Below, piece after piece: positions 27,521-36,534 of a stretch of DNA of 64,000 nucleotides (the first letter of the stretch is position 1; each line of letters begins with the position of its first letter). A program made the position numbers and the translations under genes. This DNA comes from Bacteroidia bacterium (GTDB lineage: Bacteria > Bacteroidota > Bacteroidia > Flavobacteriales > Flavobacteriaceae), in the NCBI GenBank assembly GCA_030429955.1, contig JAUIGO010000011.1, positions 3,690 through 67,689 of the forward strand, in the 5' to 3' direction. The notes beneath the pieces were generated by a model. It was not told where the DNA came from. It worked only from the letters and a program-made list of their open reading frames with translations, and did no database searches.

Positions 27521-28780
27521 ATGAATCAAACAAAAGCACCTTGGTATTTTCTCTTGCTCATTATTTTAGCAGGAGAATCTGCATTTATTTTACCATTCGT
27601 TCTTGCAAGAGTCTTTAGGCCAACTGTTCTTGAAGTTTTACAATTAAGCAATTTAGAACTTGGACTTTGCTATTCGGTTTATGGCATTGTAGCCATGGTA
27701 TCTTACCCTTTTGGTGGTCCTTTAGCTGATAAATTTCAACCTAGAAAATTAATCGCAGTAGCCTTATGGTTAACCGCATTAGGTGGCTTTGTATATGCAA
27801 CCTTTCCGAGTTATACCGTTTTAAAAGTGCTTTATGGATATTGGGGATTTACAACCATATTCTTGTTTTGGGCTCCAATGATAAAAGCGACTAGAGTTTG
27901 GGGAGGAACAAACTCTCAAGGCAAAGCTTTTGGGTTTCTTGATGGAGGTCGAGGACTTGTGGGAGCTTTATTTGGCACTTTAGGTGTACTCATCTTTTCA
28001 TTATTTATTATTTCTGAAATTGGTGAGGCAACAGCGACCGAAACTTCAGCGGCTTTTAAACAAGTTGTAATTGTGTCATCATGTATTGTAATTGTAGTTG
28101 GTGTTTTGGTTTGGTTTTTCTTGAGGCTTGATCGTGAGATAGAAAAGAAAATAGTGTTGGAGCAGATTAAATGGACACAAGTAAAGGAGGTGTTACGCTT
28201 ACCCTCGGTTTGGTTACTAATGATTATTATTATGTGTGGTTATGTTGGATATAAAATCACAGATGTATTCTCACAGTATGCTACAGATGTGATGTTATAT
28301 AATCAAGTTGAATCGGCTCAAGTAGGAACATTTTTACTTTATATTCGTCCTGTTGTTGGTGTATTAATAGGAATTATTGCAGATCGCTCAAAAATTACAT
28401 TGTTACTTCTACTTAGTTTTGTGATTGCCTTTTTAGGTTCTTTACTCTTTGCGTTTGGTTTTGTTGAAGAATCATTGACTGCCTTATTTTTTATTTCCAT
28501 TTTTGTTGTGGCCATAGGAGTTTATGGAATACGTTCGCTATATTTTGCAGTGATGCAAAGTGGAAAAATACCTTTAGTGCTTACAGGAACTGCTGTAGGC
28601 TTGATTTCACTTATTGGTTACACGCCTGATATTTTTGCAGGACCAGCTTATGGATATCTTTTAGATAATTCGCCAGGCATTAAAGGGCATCAACATGTAT
28701 TTACTATGTTGGCCATATTTTCTTTTATTGGAGGTGTAGCAGCCTATTATTATTACAAATTATACAGAAAAGATAAGTAG
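27521..28780 (+). CDS. MFS transporter
   Basis: About 12 TM segments and MFS-like loop motifs. Confidence 0.8.
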   Translation: MNQTKAPWYFLLLIILAGESAFILPFVLARVFRPTVLEVLQLSNLELGLCYSVYGIVAMVSYPFGGPLADKFQPRKLIAVALWLTALGGFVYATFPSYTVLKVLYGYWGFTTIFLFWAPMIKATRVWGGTNSQGKAFGFLDGGRGLVGALFGTLGVLIFSLFIISEIGEATATETSAAFKQVVIVSSCIVIVVGVLVWFFLRLDREIEKKIVLEQIKWTQVKEVLRLPSVWLLMIIIMCGYVGYKITDVFSQYATDVMLYNQVESAQVGTFLLYIRPVVGVLIGIIADRSKITLLLLLSFVIAFLGSLLFAFGFVEESLTALFFISIFVVAIGVYGIRSLYFAVMQSGKIPLVLTGTAVGLISLIGYTPDIFAGPAYGYLLDNSPGIKGHQHVFTMLAIFSFIGGVAAYYYYKLYRKDK

Positions 28781-28784
28781 TTTA

Positions 28785-30830
28785 TTATGAAATTGGCTTG
28801 GCTTTAGGCAGTTCAACAAAAAACTTACTTCCTAAATTCGGTTCGCTTTCTACCCAAATTTTTCCATGGTTGAGTTCAACCATTTGCTTACAGATAGATA
28901 AGCCTAATCCTGTTCCTTTTTCATGACTTGTGCCTCTGGTGGTAAAGCCACTGTTTTTGAAGAGTTTTTCTTGATTTTCTTTTGAGATGCCAACGCCTGT
29001 ATCTTCAATGCAAATCAACACATTTCCGTTACGTTCTCTGTTTGAAATGGTAATCACATCGCCAACTCTAGAGAATTTCACTGCATTTGCTAAAAGATTC
29101 TGAATCACAATTTCAACCATACTTCTATCAGCATACACATAATCTTTAATAGATTCATCTAACAAAATGATTTGCTTCTGGTTGACTTTCTTTTCAAACA
29201 AACTCATTTTTTCTGCAAATACTTCTTGAATATTAAATTGCTCTGGTTTAGGTTCCAAATTCTGCATTTGGGACTTAGACCAGTTTAAAAGATTCAATAA
29301 TAAAGCAGAAGCGTTATCAGCATTTTCGCTGAGTTCTGGAATAAGCTCATCAAATTCTTCTTGTGAAATGCTATCTTCTTTTAATAAGTCTAAAAAGGCT
29401 TTTACGCCTGTAATGGAATCTTTTAAATCATGTGACACTATTGAAAACAAACGATCTTTCACTTGGTTCATTTCTTCCAAGTGCCTAGTCTGTTCAAGCA
29501 ACGAAGCATTTTCAAGTTTATATTGTTTGTTGGTAGCAGCAAGCTCTTCCGCATTAGCATTAAGTGCTTTCCTTTTCAGGAAAACACTCAACAATGCTAA
29601 TATTGATAATAGCAACAAAGCACCTAAACCATAGGTTAGGTACTTGTATTGTTTAAGGGTTTTGTCATTAATATTTGCGGTGTTATTTTCTGTTGGAGTT
29701 GTAGTTGGTTGATTGATAATTTCTAAAGGATCATCAAAGACAATAGGTGTTGCATTCTTCTCATCAATCTTAGCTTTTAAGTCGTGATACTCGCGTTGCC
29801 AATTAAAGGCGTTTTTAAAGTTACCTTTGGTTGAGTCTAATTGTACGCGCAACTTTAAATGATCTAAAAGTAAAAGATCATCATCTACATCTTCAGTAAG
29901 TTGATACGCTTCATTAAGCTGGTATTCTGCCAACCTTACTTTGTTCTGTTGTAAGTTTAAATCCGATAAGCTATTTAAGGTTTTTAATATTCCTTTTTTA
30001 TTGTCAGTGTCACGATTCAATTTTAGACCTTCCAATAAGTATGACGCTGCTTTTTCGTAATCTCTAAAGCGTAAATACTGTTCGCCAATACTTGGCAAAA
30101 CTTCACCTTCAAGTATTTTGTCAGAATCACTATTGGTTAAGTACGTCAATAATTTTTCGTAATACTCTATGGCTTTTCTGTGTTCTTTACGCAAGGCATA
30201 AAGTTTTGCAATATTGTTGGTTGATATTTTAATTCCTTCGTTGTCCTTTAAAATTTCACGAACACGTAAAGCCTTAAAATTGTAATCAAGCGCTTCTTCG
30301 TTTTGATTGGTATTAAAATAGGCTTCAGCTAAATTGTTGTAAGCAGAACTTAATTCATTCAATAAATTCTTGCGTTCAAAAATATCAATAGCAGAAAGTG
30401 AATGTTGCAATCCTTTATTGTAGTTTCCACGACGAATTTCAACAATACCTAAACTGTTATTTACTTTAGCAATACCTAAAGAGTCGTTAAGTTGTGTAAA
30501 GAGACTTAACGATCGGTTGTAATTATCAAGTGCATTGTAGTAATCGTTGTTCTCTGTATAAATAAGTGCTTTGTAATATTTGAGTTCAGCAGTGGCTTCG
30601 TGATAATTTAAGCTTGTTGATAATTGCTCACTTTGGTTAATGTACAGTAACGCCTTTTGGAAATCTTTTGAATTGAACAGAACCTTTATAAGCTCAATAG
30701 ACGTTTTAACCTTTGCAGAATCTTGTTTTTGATAAGCTAATTGAATGGTAAGACTATCCTGTTCTTTAGTTTGTGAATAACTAAAGAAGCATGACAATAT
30801 TACAGCAGTTAATGTAATTAACTGTTTCAT
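28785..30830 (-). CDS. TPR-repeat sensor histidine kinase
   Basis: Signal peptide, multiple TPR-like repeats and one TM segment. H-box FSIVSHDLKDS, N-box LLANAVKFS, G-boxes DTGVGIS and GTGLGLSICK. Confidence 0.85.
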   Translation of the reverse strand: MKQLITLTAVILSCFFSYSQTKEQDSLTIQLAYQKQDSAKVKTSIELIKVLFNSKDFQKALLYINQSEQLSTSLNYHEATAELKYYKALIYTENNDYYNALDNYNRSLSLFTQLNDSLGIAKVNNSLGIVEIRRGNYNKGLQHSLSAIDIFERKNLLNELSSAYNNLAEAYFNTNQNEEALDYNFKALRVREILKDNEGIKISTNNIAKLYALRKEHRKAIEYYEKLLTYLTNSDSDKILEGEVLPSIGEQYLRFRDYEKAASYLLEGLKLNRDTDNKKGILKTLNSLSDLNLQQNKVRLAEYQLNEAYQLTEDVDDDLLLLDHLKLRVQLDSTKGNFKNAFNWQREYHDLKAKIDEKNATPIVFDDPLEIINQPTTTPTENNTANINDKTLKQYKYLTYGLGALLLLSILALLSVFLKRKALNANAEELAATNKQYKLENASLLEQTRHLEEMNQVKDRLFSIVSHDLKDSITGVKAFLDLLKEDSISQEEFDELIPELSENADNASALLLNLLNWSKSQMQNLEPKPEQFNIQEVFAEKMSLFEKKVNQKQIILLDESIKDYVYADRSMVEIVIQNLLANAVKFSRVGDVITISNRERNGNVLICIEDTGVGISKENQEKLFKNSGFTTRGTSHEKGTGLGLSICKQMVELNHGKIWVESEPNLGSKFFVELPKAKPIS

Positions 30831-31226
30831 TTACTCTTATCGGTTTTAAGTACAACAAAAACAGTATTACCTATACTTGCCTTGAGGGAGAGGAAAATTA
30901 AGCACATACTTACAAGCAATTGAATTGCTTTGAAACTACAAGCAGGTGTTATCATGATTTGGGGTCTTGATTAATAGCTAGTAACAAAAATTGCTAAAAG
31001 GAATTCTAATGCCTAATTTCTGCGTTTTAATACCAATAAATTAGATAAAAGGAACAATAAAATTTAAGAAAAAAATGTTGTATCGATAAAAAGCAGAAAA
31101 CATAGACAAACTACACATTTGTCGATGAAATGCACATTACAAATTTTAAAAACACGATAAATGTTAAATAATTGATAATGAATCACATAAATATTGCGTA
31201 TTTTAACATCAACAAAAACTAAAATT

Positions 31227-31430
31227 ATGAATCAAACTATTAAAACAATTTTACTTGTTGTAGGTGTTATCCTGGTTGGTTATGGCATTTACACTTTAAT
31301 TGCTCCAGAAGCTTCTATGGATCTTGGTGTTGTAGAAGCCGAAGTGCAAGACAATAATGATTCTTACATTACCATTGCACTAGGTTTAGTTGCAATAGTA
31401 TTGAGTAGAGTAGGCGGAAAGAAAGCTTAA
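31227..31430 (+). CDS. small two-TM membrane protein
   Basis: 67 aa when started from the ATG at 31227 (the ORF-track start at 31194 is TTG). Two hydrophobic segments. Confidence 0.45.
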   Translation: MNQTIKTILLVVGVILVGYGIYTLIAPEASMDLGVVEAEVQDNNDSYITIALGLVAIVLSRVGGKKA

Positions 31431-31453
31431 AAAATGAATGATATTACTAGAAT

Positions 31454-31487
31454 AAGCTTGATGGCATGGTGCTGTCAAGCTTTTTTA
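31454..31487 (+). terminator. intrinsic terminator
   Basis: aagcttga ... tcaagctt forms an 8-bp stem followed by tttttt. Confidence 0.7.
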
Positions 31488-31524
31488 TTGCCTATTTTTG
31501 AACCAAAATTGCTATAAAAAAGTT

Positions 31525-31532
31525 TATCTTTG
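31525..31532 (+). promoter_or_regulatory. -7 promoter box TATCTTTG for argS
   Basis: Matches TAnnTTTG, 20 nt upstream of the ATG at 31553. Confidence 0.55.
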
Positions 31533-31552
31533 CAGCTTAAAATTTAACAGGA

Positions 31553-33334
31553 ATGACCATTCAGGATACTTTATCACAACACGTAAAAACTGCTTTTTCT
31601 AACTTATATCAAGCCGAACTTGATACTGTTGAATTTCAGTCAACACGTAAGGAGTTTGAAGGCGATATTACAGTCGTTACCTTTCCGATGCTGCGTGTGG
31701 TTAAAATGAATCCTGCCAAATTGGGTGAAGATTTAGGGCAATATCTCGTTGACCATGTTGCCGAAGTCAAAGCATTTAATGTGGTTAAAGGCTTTTTAAA
31801 CCTCGTCATTACTGATGGCTTTTACCTTAATTTCTTTAATGGTATTAAGGACGATGACACCTTTGGTTTTGTAAAGGACTTGGATGACAAAGCTGTGATG
31901 GTTGAATATTCCTCACCAAACACCAACAAACCTTTGCACTTAGGTCATGTTAGAAATGTGTTGTTAGGTTATAGCGTTGCCGAAATTTTAAAAGCTTCAG
32001 GCAAGAAGGTGTACAAAACGCAAATTATAAACGATAGAGGGATTCATATTTGTAAAAGTATGTTGGCTTGGAAACGTTTTGGCAATGGTGAAACACCTGA
32101 AAGTACAGGCTTGAAAGGTGATAAGCTGGTTGGAAATTACTACGTAAAATTTGACCAAGTGTATAAGTCTGAAATTGCGGATTTAATGTCTCAAGGCTTG
32201 TCGGAAGAGGAAGCCAAAAAACAAGCTCCAATATTGTTAGAAGCTCAGGACATGCTTATTAAATGGGAAGCTGGTGATAAAGAGGTGGTTGCCCTTTGGG
32301 AAATGATGAACAACTGGGTTTATGAAGGTTTTGAAACCACGTACAAAAATATAGGTGTCGATTTTGATAGCTATTACTACGAAAGCAATACTTATTTGTT
32401 AGGTAAAGAATTTGTAACTGAAGGACTCAAAACTGGTGTGTTTTTCAAAAAGGAAGATGGTTCTGTGTGGTGTGATTTAACACCTGATGGTTTGGATGAA
32501 AAAATTGTGTTGCGTTCAGATGGTACAGCTGTGTACATGACACAAGATATTGGTACAGCCATACAACGTATAAAAGATTGTCCAGATGTTGGAGGTATGG
32601 TGTACACTGTTGGTAACGAGCAAGATTATCATTTTAAAGTCTTGTTTTTAATCTTGAAAAAACTTGGTTTTGATTGGGCAAAAAACCTGTACCATTTAAG
32701 TTATGGCATGGTCGATTTGCCTAGCGGAAAAATGAAGAGTAGAGAAGGTACTGTTGTTGATGCTGACGATTTAATCACAGAAATGGCAACCACAGCGCAA
32801 GACATTTCGCAAGACTTAGGAAAACTAGAAGGTTATACTGAAGCTGAAAAGCAAGACATTTATAAAATTATTGGTTTAGGCGCTTTAAAGTATTTCATTT
32901 TAAAAGTAGACCCTAAAAAACGTATTCTATTTGACCCAAAAGAATCTGTCGATTTTCAAGGAAATACAGGGCCTTTTATACAATATACTTATGCTAGAAT
33001 ACAAGCTATTTTACGTAAGGTAGATTTTAACACGTCTGTCACACTGAGCGCAGTCGAAGTGTCTCTAGAACCAAAAGAAAAAGAACTCATTAAGCAATTA
33101 GAGTTATTCCCTGAAGTGATACAACAAGCTGCAGCCAATCACAGTCCTGCTTTGGTGGCTAATTACACCTATGATTTAGTAAAAGAATTTAACTCGTTTT
33201 ACCAAAACGTCTCTATACTAGGAGCAGACAAGCACAACGAAAAAGTGTTTAGAGTACAGTTGGCACAAAGTGTTGCCAATACTATTAAAAACGCCTTTGG
33301 TTTGTTAGGTATTGAAGTACCTGAAAGGATGTAA
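31553..33334 (+). CDS. argS: arginine--tRNA ligase
   Basis: 593 aa. HIGH-type motif SSPNTNKPLHLGHVRN, KMSKS-like GKMKSREG, and a C-terminal DALR anticodon-binding region. Confidence 0.95.
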   Translation: MTIQDTLSQHVKTAFSNLYQAELDTVEFQSTRKEFEGDITVVTFPMLRVVKMNPAKLGEDLGQYLVDHVAEVKAFNVVKGFLNLVITDGFYLNFFNGIKDDDTFGFVKDLDDKAVMVEYSSPNTNKPLHLGHVRNVLLGYSVAEILKASGKKVYKTQIINDRGIHICKSMLAWKRFGNGETPESTGLKGDKLVGNYYVKFDQVYKSEIADLMSQGLSEEEAKKQAPILLEAQDMLIKWEAGDKEVVALWEMMNNWVYEGFETTYKNIGVDFDSYYYESNTYLLGKEFVTEGLKTGVFFKKEDGSVWCDLTPDGLDEKIVLRSDGTAVYMTQDIGTAIQRIKDCPDVGGMVYTVGNEQDYHFKVLFLILKKLGFDWAKNLYHLSYGMVDLPSGKMKSREGTVVDADDLITEMATTAQDISQDLGKLEGYTEAEKQDIYKIIGLGALKYFILKVDPKKRILFDPKESVDFQGNTGPFIQYTYARIQAILRKVDFNTSVTLSAVEVSLEPKEKELIKQLELFPEVIQQAAANHSPALVANYTYDLVKEFNSFYQNVSILGADKHNEKVFRVQLAQSVANTIKNAFGLLGIEVPERM

Positions 33335-33413
33335 ATTTTGGGTTTCGTTTAACGGTTTTGTGCCTGATTAGTGGCGTGTTTAAGCACCTAATTTAGCAAA
33401 TAAAAACCGAATA

Positions 33414-33433
33414 GAAAATCCGCTAGGATTTTC
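33414..33433. terminator. perfect 8-bp hairpin between convergent genes (probable terminator, better context on the minus strand)
   Basis: gaaaatcc gcta ggattttc. On the minus strand it is followed by a T-rich tract (tattcggttttta). Confidence 0.45.
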
Positions 33434-33465
33434 GTAAGTAGGCGAGAACAAGATATTAATTATAC

Positions 33466-33501
33466 ACGTCTTAAGTTTGTAATTCTATGTTCTTAAGTTA
33501 G
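33466..33501. repeat. intact copy of a local repeat (acgtcttaagtttgtaattc-tat-gttcttaagttag)
   Basis: The left 20 nt match 34613-34632 at 19/20. The right 13 nt match 35815-35826 at 12/13 with a 1-nt gap. Confidence 0.7.
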
Positions 33502-33544
33502 TTTTACTAAGTCCATTTTTCTGTAAGAGAGAGATACATTATCA

Positions 33545-34450
33545 TTACTTATCATCTTTTTCAACTATTCCTGAAGCCGTTACTTTATCAGTATATAAGA
33601 TATGTGTATATTCATTTTGCTCTTCAGGAAATTTCTTATATAAAAACATATCATGCGATAAGGTAGTATTATAGATATTATCTTCTCTTTCAAAAGTGCT
33701 AATTTTTAACCCTGTACCGTCATTATTTAACATGCTTCCCTCACTAAATACATGATTAATGGACATGATTTTTTTAGAATCAAAATTAACAGAATCTTTT
33801 AACAAGTAACCTCCAATTCTTACTTTGTCAAAAACGGGTGTAAAAGAATTATGTACATTTCCTGTTAGAGTAACTATTTTGGTGTTCGGATATTTATTAT
33901 GGATGTTGCGTATTTCCCTGTACATGGACGAATCTCTGGTTGAAGATGGGTAAGAATTATCAATGAATTTTAAAATGATTCTTTCATTTTTAATGCTCTT
34001 GTACACTAAATCAAGCCATGCTATACCATTTCTACCATCGAAATTTTTTCTGCGGAAGAAATCCAATTCTTTTAACTGGGATATTGACATCTCGTCTGAC
34101 AAGTTATTCATAAGTGAAGAACGAATTTCCATAGCCATTATCACATTGTCTTCGTGTTCAGTAATTAGTTCACATAACCCATAAGCAAATTCAGCAGGTT
34201 CATTTGTTCCGTGCATTTCCCCAATCATTAATATTTCAAAATTTGCAATTTCATCATATATCTTGTTGCTTAACTTTGATAAGCTCTTAATTGGTATCGC
34301 ACTCTTTTTCAAATCCTTTTGCTCTTCTGTTATTTCTGTAGAATTATCTATAGAATTTGATGTTTCATGGGATGTCGTTGGCTTTTCTGTATTTTCTTTA
34401 CAAGTAGTGAATCCAATCAGAATAATTAATAGGGATAAGATCTTTTTCAT
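33545..34450 (-). CDS. lipoprotein, possibly Tiki/ChaN/erythromycin-esterase-like superfamily
   Basis: Lipobox GFTTCK. The spacing of GEMHGTNE ... MEIR ... RDSSMYREI ... GNVH resembles the GExH...E...R..M...GxxH pattern of that superfamily (from memory). Confidence 0.5.
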   Translation of the reverse strand: MKKILSLLIILIGFTTCKENTEKPTTSHETSNSIDNSTEITEEQKDLKKSAIPIKSLSKLSNKIYDEIANFEILMIGEMHGTNEPAEFAYGLCELITEHEDNVIMAMEIRSSLMNNLSDEMSISQLKELDFFRRKNFDGRNGIAWLDLVYKSIKNERIILKFIDNSYPSSTRDSSMYREIRNIHNKYPNTKIVTLTGNVHNSFTPVFDKVRIGGYLLKDSVNFDSKKIMSINHVFSEGSMLNNDGTGLKISTFEREDNIYNTTLSHDMFLYKKFPEEQNEYTHILYTDKVTASGIVEKDDK

Positions 34451-34498
34451 AAAACAATGTTTAACTTCTATAAATGTAGAGCTTTAATTTCGTTTCTA

Positions 34499-34506
34499 CA
34501 AATGTA
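34499..34506 (-). promoter_or_regulatory. -7 promoter box (TACATTTG on the minus strand) for the lipoprotein gene
   Basis: Plus-strand caaatgta lies 48 nt upstream of the start at 34450. A near-duplicate tctataaatgtaga / tctacaaatgtaga is adjacent. Confidence 0.4.
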
Positions 34507-34612
34507 GAATTCATTTTATGAGTCTTTATTTTCAAATTGACTACAACGTTATGATATGAACTTTTTTAATTGTTTATATTAGAAGTTACTGAAGCAAGCT
34601 CAGCACAAGTAA

Positions 34613-34632
34613 ACGACTTAAGTTTGTAATTC
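34613..34632. repeat. left half of the repeat copy interrupted by the IS
   Basis: acgacttaagtttgtaattc matches 33466-33485 at 19/20. Confidence 0.7.
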
Positions 34633-34645
34633 ACTAAATTTAAGT

Positions 34646-34827
34646 ATTAATCAGAAAGAACAAAAGAGAAGAATAAGATTAAGTTAAGCGATGAGACTTT
34701 AATCTCGTGAACTTTGATAATCCCTTCTCTTTTACTACTTAAACTTCGATCAGTTCTGTGAGGCTTGAACCTCGATTTTAAGTTGTTGAAATGTAAGTAG
34801 CGTTGTTCTTTCCAAAATTCAGTTCTT
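34646..34827 (+). ncRNA. candidate IS110 bridge RNA in the non-coding left end
   Basis: Closing helix 34654-34663/34803-34812 (10 bp). Arm 1 is 34664-34671/34724-34731 with inner helix 34676-34684/34696-34705. Arm 2 is 34735-34741/34794-34800 with inner helices 34742-34746/34780-34784 and 34753-34756/34767-34770. Its position matches that known for IS110-group bridge RNAs. Confidence 0.4.
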
Positions 34828-35793
34828 ATGAATAAAGATATAAAAATTTATGGCATTGACATCAGTAAATCTGTTTTTGATATGTACAATGATTTGGATG
34901 GGTACATCCAATTTAAAAATGATGATAAAGGGTTCAAGAGCCTTTTTGAATCTCTACCAGATAATGCGTTAGTAGTTATGGAGGCAACAGGTTATTATCA
35001 TTATAGATTAGCTCAGTTTTTGCATCATAACAATATTTTGGTTTCAGTGGTCAATCCGTTATCTGTAAAGCGATTTATCCAGATGAAGTTAGCTAAGGTA
35101 AAGACAGATAAGAGTGACGCAAAATCTATTTTTGATTATGCAACAGTTAATAAAGTTTCTTTTTACAATGCCTTATCAGAAGTACAGGGCGAGTGTTTAC
35201 AATTGTACCAATTATTGGATGTTTATGTCAAAAAGAGCACAGCAACAAAGAACAAGCTGCATGGCGAGAAAGTTTTAGGAGTACCATCAAAAACAGTTTA
35301 TGCTTCGCTTAAAAGGGACTTGAAACATTTGGATAAGGAGATTTCAATTTTGGAAGATAAACTGTTGAGCTTAGTAAAGCAGGATAACCAACACCAATTA
35401 ACTTTATTGCAAACCATACCTGGGATTGGTTTAAAAACAGCATTATTTTTGATAGTTGTAACCGATGGGTTCAAGAAGTTCGAAACCGCTTCGCAACTTT
35501 GTAGTTATGCAGGGATCACACCAAGTATTAAGATTTCTGGAAGCAGTGTAAGGGGAAGAAGCAGGATCAGTAAAGTGGGCAACAGAAAACTTCGCAGGTT
35601 ACTTTTTTTAGCTTCCTTTTCAGCATTCAGGCACAATAAAGCTTGTAAAGCACTTTTTGAGAGAATTGTAGCAAAAGGTAAGAGTAAAAAACTAGCATTG
35701 ATTGCAGTAGCTAATAAATTATTAAAGCAAGCTTTTGCAATAGCAAAAAGTGGATTGCCTTATGATAAAAACTTTGTTTCTAAATTAGTTTAA
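34828..35793 (+). CDS. IS110-family transposase/recombinase (DEDD RuvC-like N-domain plus Transposase_20 C-domain)
   Basis: Motifs IYGIDISKSVFD, VMEATGYYH, NPLSVKRF...KTDKSDA, IPGIGLKTALFLIV and ISGSSVRGRSRISKVGNRKLRRLL. Confidence 0.9.
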   Translation: MNKDIKIYGIDISKSVFDMYNDLDGYIQFKNDDKGFKSLFESLPDNALVVMEATGYYHYRLAQFLHHNNILVSVVNPLSVKRFIQMKLAKVKTDKSDAKSIFDYATVNKVSFYNALSEVQGECLQLYQLLDVYVKKSTATKNKLHGEKVLGVPSKTVYASLKRDLKHLDKEISILEDKLLSLVKQDNQHQLTLLQTIPGIGLKTALFLIVVTDGFKKFETASQLCSYAGITPSIKISGSSVRGRSRISKVGNRKLRRLLFLASFSAFRHNKACKALFERIVAKGKSKKLALIAVANKLLKQAFAIAKSGLPYDKNFVSKLV

Positions 35794-35814
35794 AAAAACT
35801 TGTTTTTTAACTCA

Positions 35815-35826
35815 GTTCTTAGTTAG
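35815..35826. repeat. right half of the repeat copy interrupted by the IS
   Basis: gttcttagttag versus gttcttaagttag at 33489-33501. Confidence 0.6.
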
Positions 35827-35898
35827 CTGTTTTTTCTTTCAAAGTCAAGTTTAACTTCTTTTGGGCCATTGAAAATTTAGTAAAGACAAGAATAAAAA

Positions 35899-36264
35899 TC
35901 ATCTTTGAAACTCACCAATATGCCATAGCACACCAGATGGGTCATAAACGAAAAATTCATTTCCCCAATCATTGTAATGAATATTGGTTACTCTAACATT
36001 ATTGTATTTTTTATCGAGTTGTAAGCTGTTTATCATGTCAAGATGCTGTTGTAAGTTGTCAACTTCTAGAAATAGCATCGTGTTGTCAACCCAATCTTTT
36101 ACATAAGCGTCCTGTAAATAAAACCCAAAATCACCTAGTTTAAAGTAAGACATTTTTGGAAGGATTTTTATTTCCTCAAAACCCAAATCAAGATAAAACT
36201 GTCTAGAAGCATCATAGTTTTTGGCACCAATAAATGCTCGGATGGATTTTACGTTATAAGACAT
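35899..36264 (-). CDS. VOC/glyoxalase-family protein
   Basis: 121 aa with a glyoxalase-fold pattern (FY.DLGF ... DPSG.LWHI). Confidence 0.7.
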   Translation of the reverse strand: MSYNVKSIRAFIGAKNYDASRQFYLDLGFEEIKILPKMSYFKLGDFGFYLQDAYVKDWVDNTMLFLEVDNLQQHLDMINSLQLDKKYNNVRVTNIHYNDWGNEFFVYDPSGVLWHIGEFQR

Positions 36265-36267
36265 ATT

Positions 36268-36534
36268 CTATTTGCGATACAGAAAGTAATTGTCAACCAA
36301 GTCAATATATTGTTGTTTGGCTTCGTCTTGGCTAATGTCTTCCGCTTGAAAAAGTGCGTTGGTTTTAAAGGCATTAATTAATGGCTCTCTACTTTTTGGC
36401 CTGCCATAATCGTTAGTAGCTTTTTTATAGTAGGCATACAATTTTAGTAAAATATCTGCAGGGAAAGGTTCCTTGTGCGCATTGATTCTGTCAACAGCTT
36501 CTCTAAATTTTATGTCCAGTTCTTCAGAGGTCAT
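36268..36534 (-). CDS. acyl-CoA-binding protein (ACBP)
   Basis: 88 aa with the ACBP signature region LLKLYAYYKKATNDYGRPKS...F. Confidence 0.8.
   Translation of the reverse strand: MTSEELDIKFREAVDRINAHKEPFPADILLKLYAYYKKATNDYGRPKSREPLINAFKTNALFQAEDISQDEAKQQYIDLVDNYFLYRK

Larger units (their letters stand above)
34633..35814 (+). mobile_element. IS110-family insertion sequence, about 1.18 kb (boundaries +/- a few nt)
   Basis: A single DEDD/Tnp_20 recombinase ORF, a long non-coding left end, a 17-20 nt right end and no terminal inverted repeats. Boundaries were inferred by comparison with the intact repeat copy at 33466-33501. CT dinucleotides lie at 34634-34635 and 35811-35812. Confidence 0.7.

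Noticed and set aside
30914-30930. Palindrome aagcaatt-g-aattgctt in the 396-nt gap upstream of the TPR histidine kinase
   Set aside because: It is a single AT-rich dyad with no second copy, no adjacent promoter box and no regulator to link it to. It could easily be chance.
34706-34723. Similarity of the arm-1 internal loop (gaactttgataatcc) to the left target flank (taagtttgtaattca)
   Set aside because: It is only 9/15 identical without gaps in AT-rich sequence. That is too weak to assign as a guide segment without comparative data.
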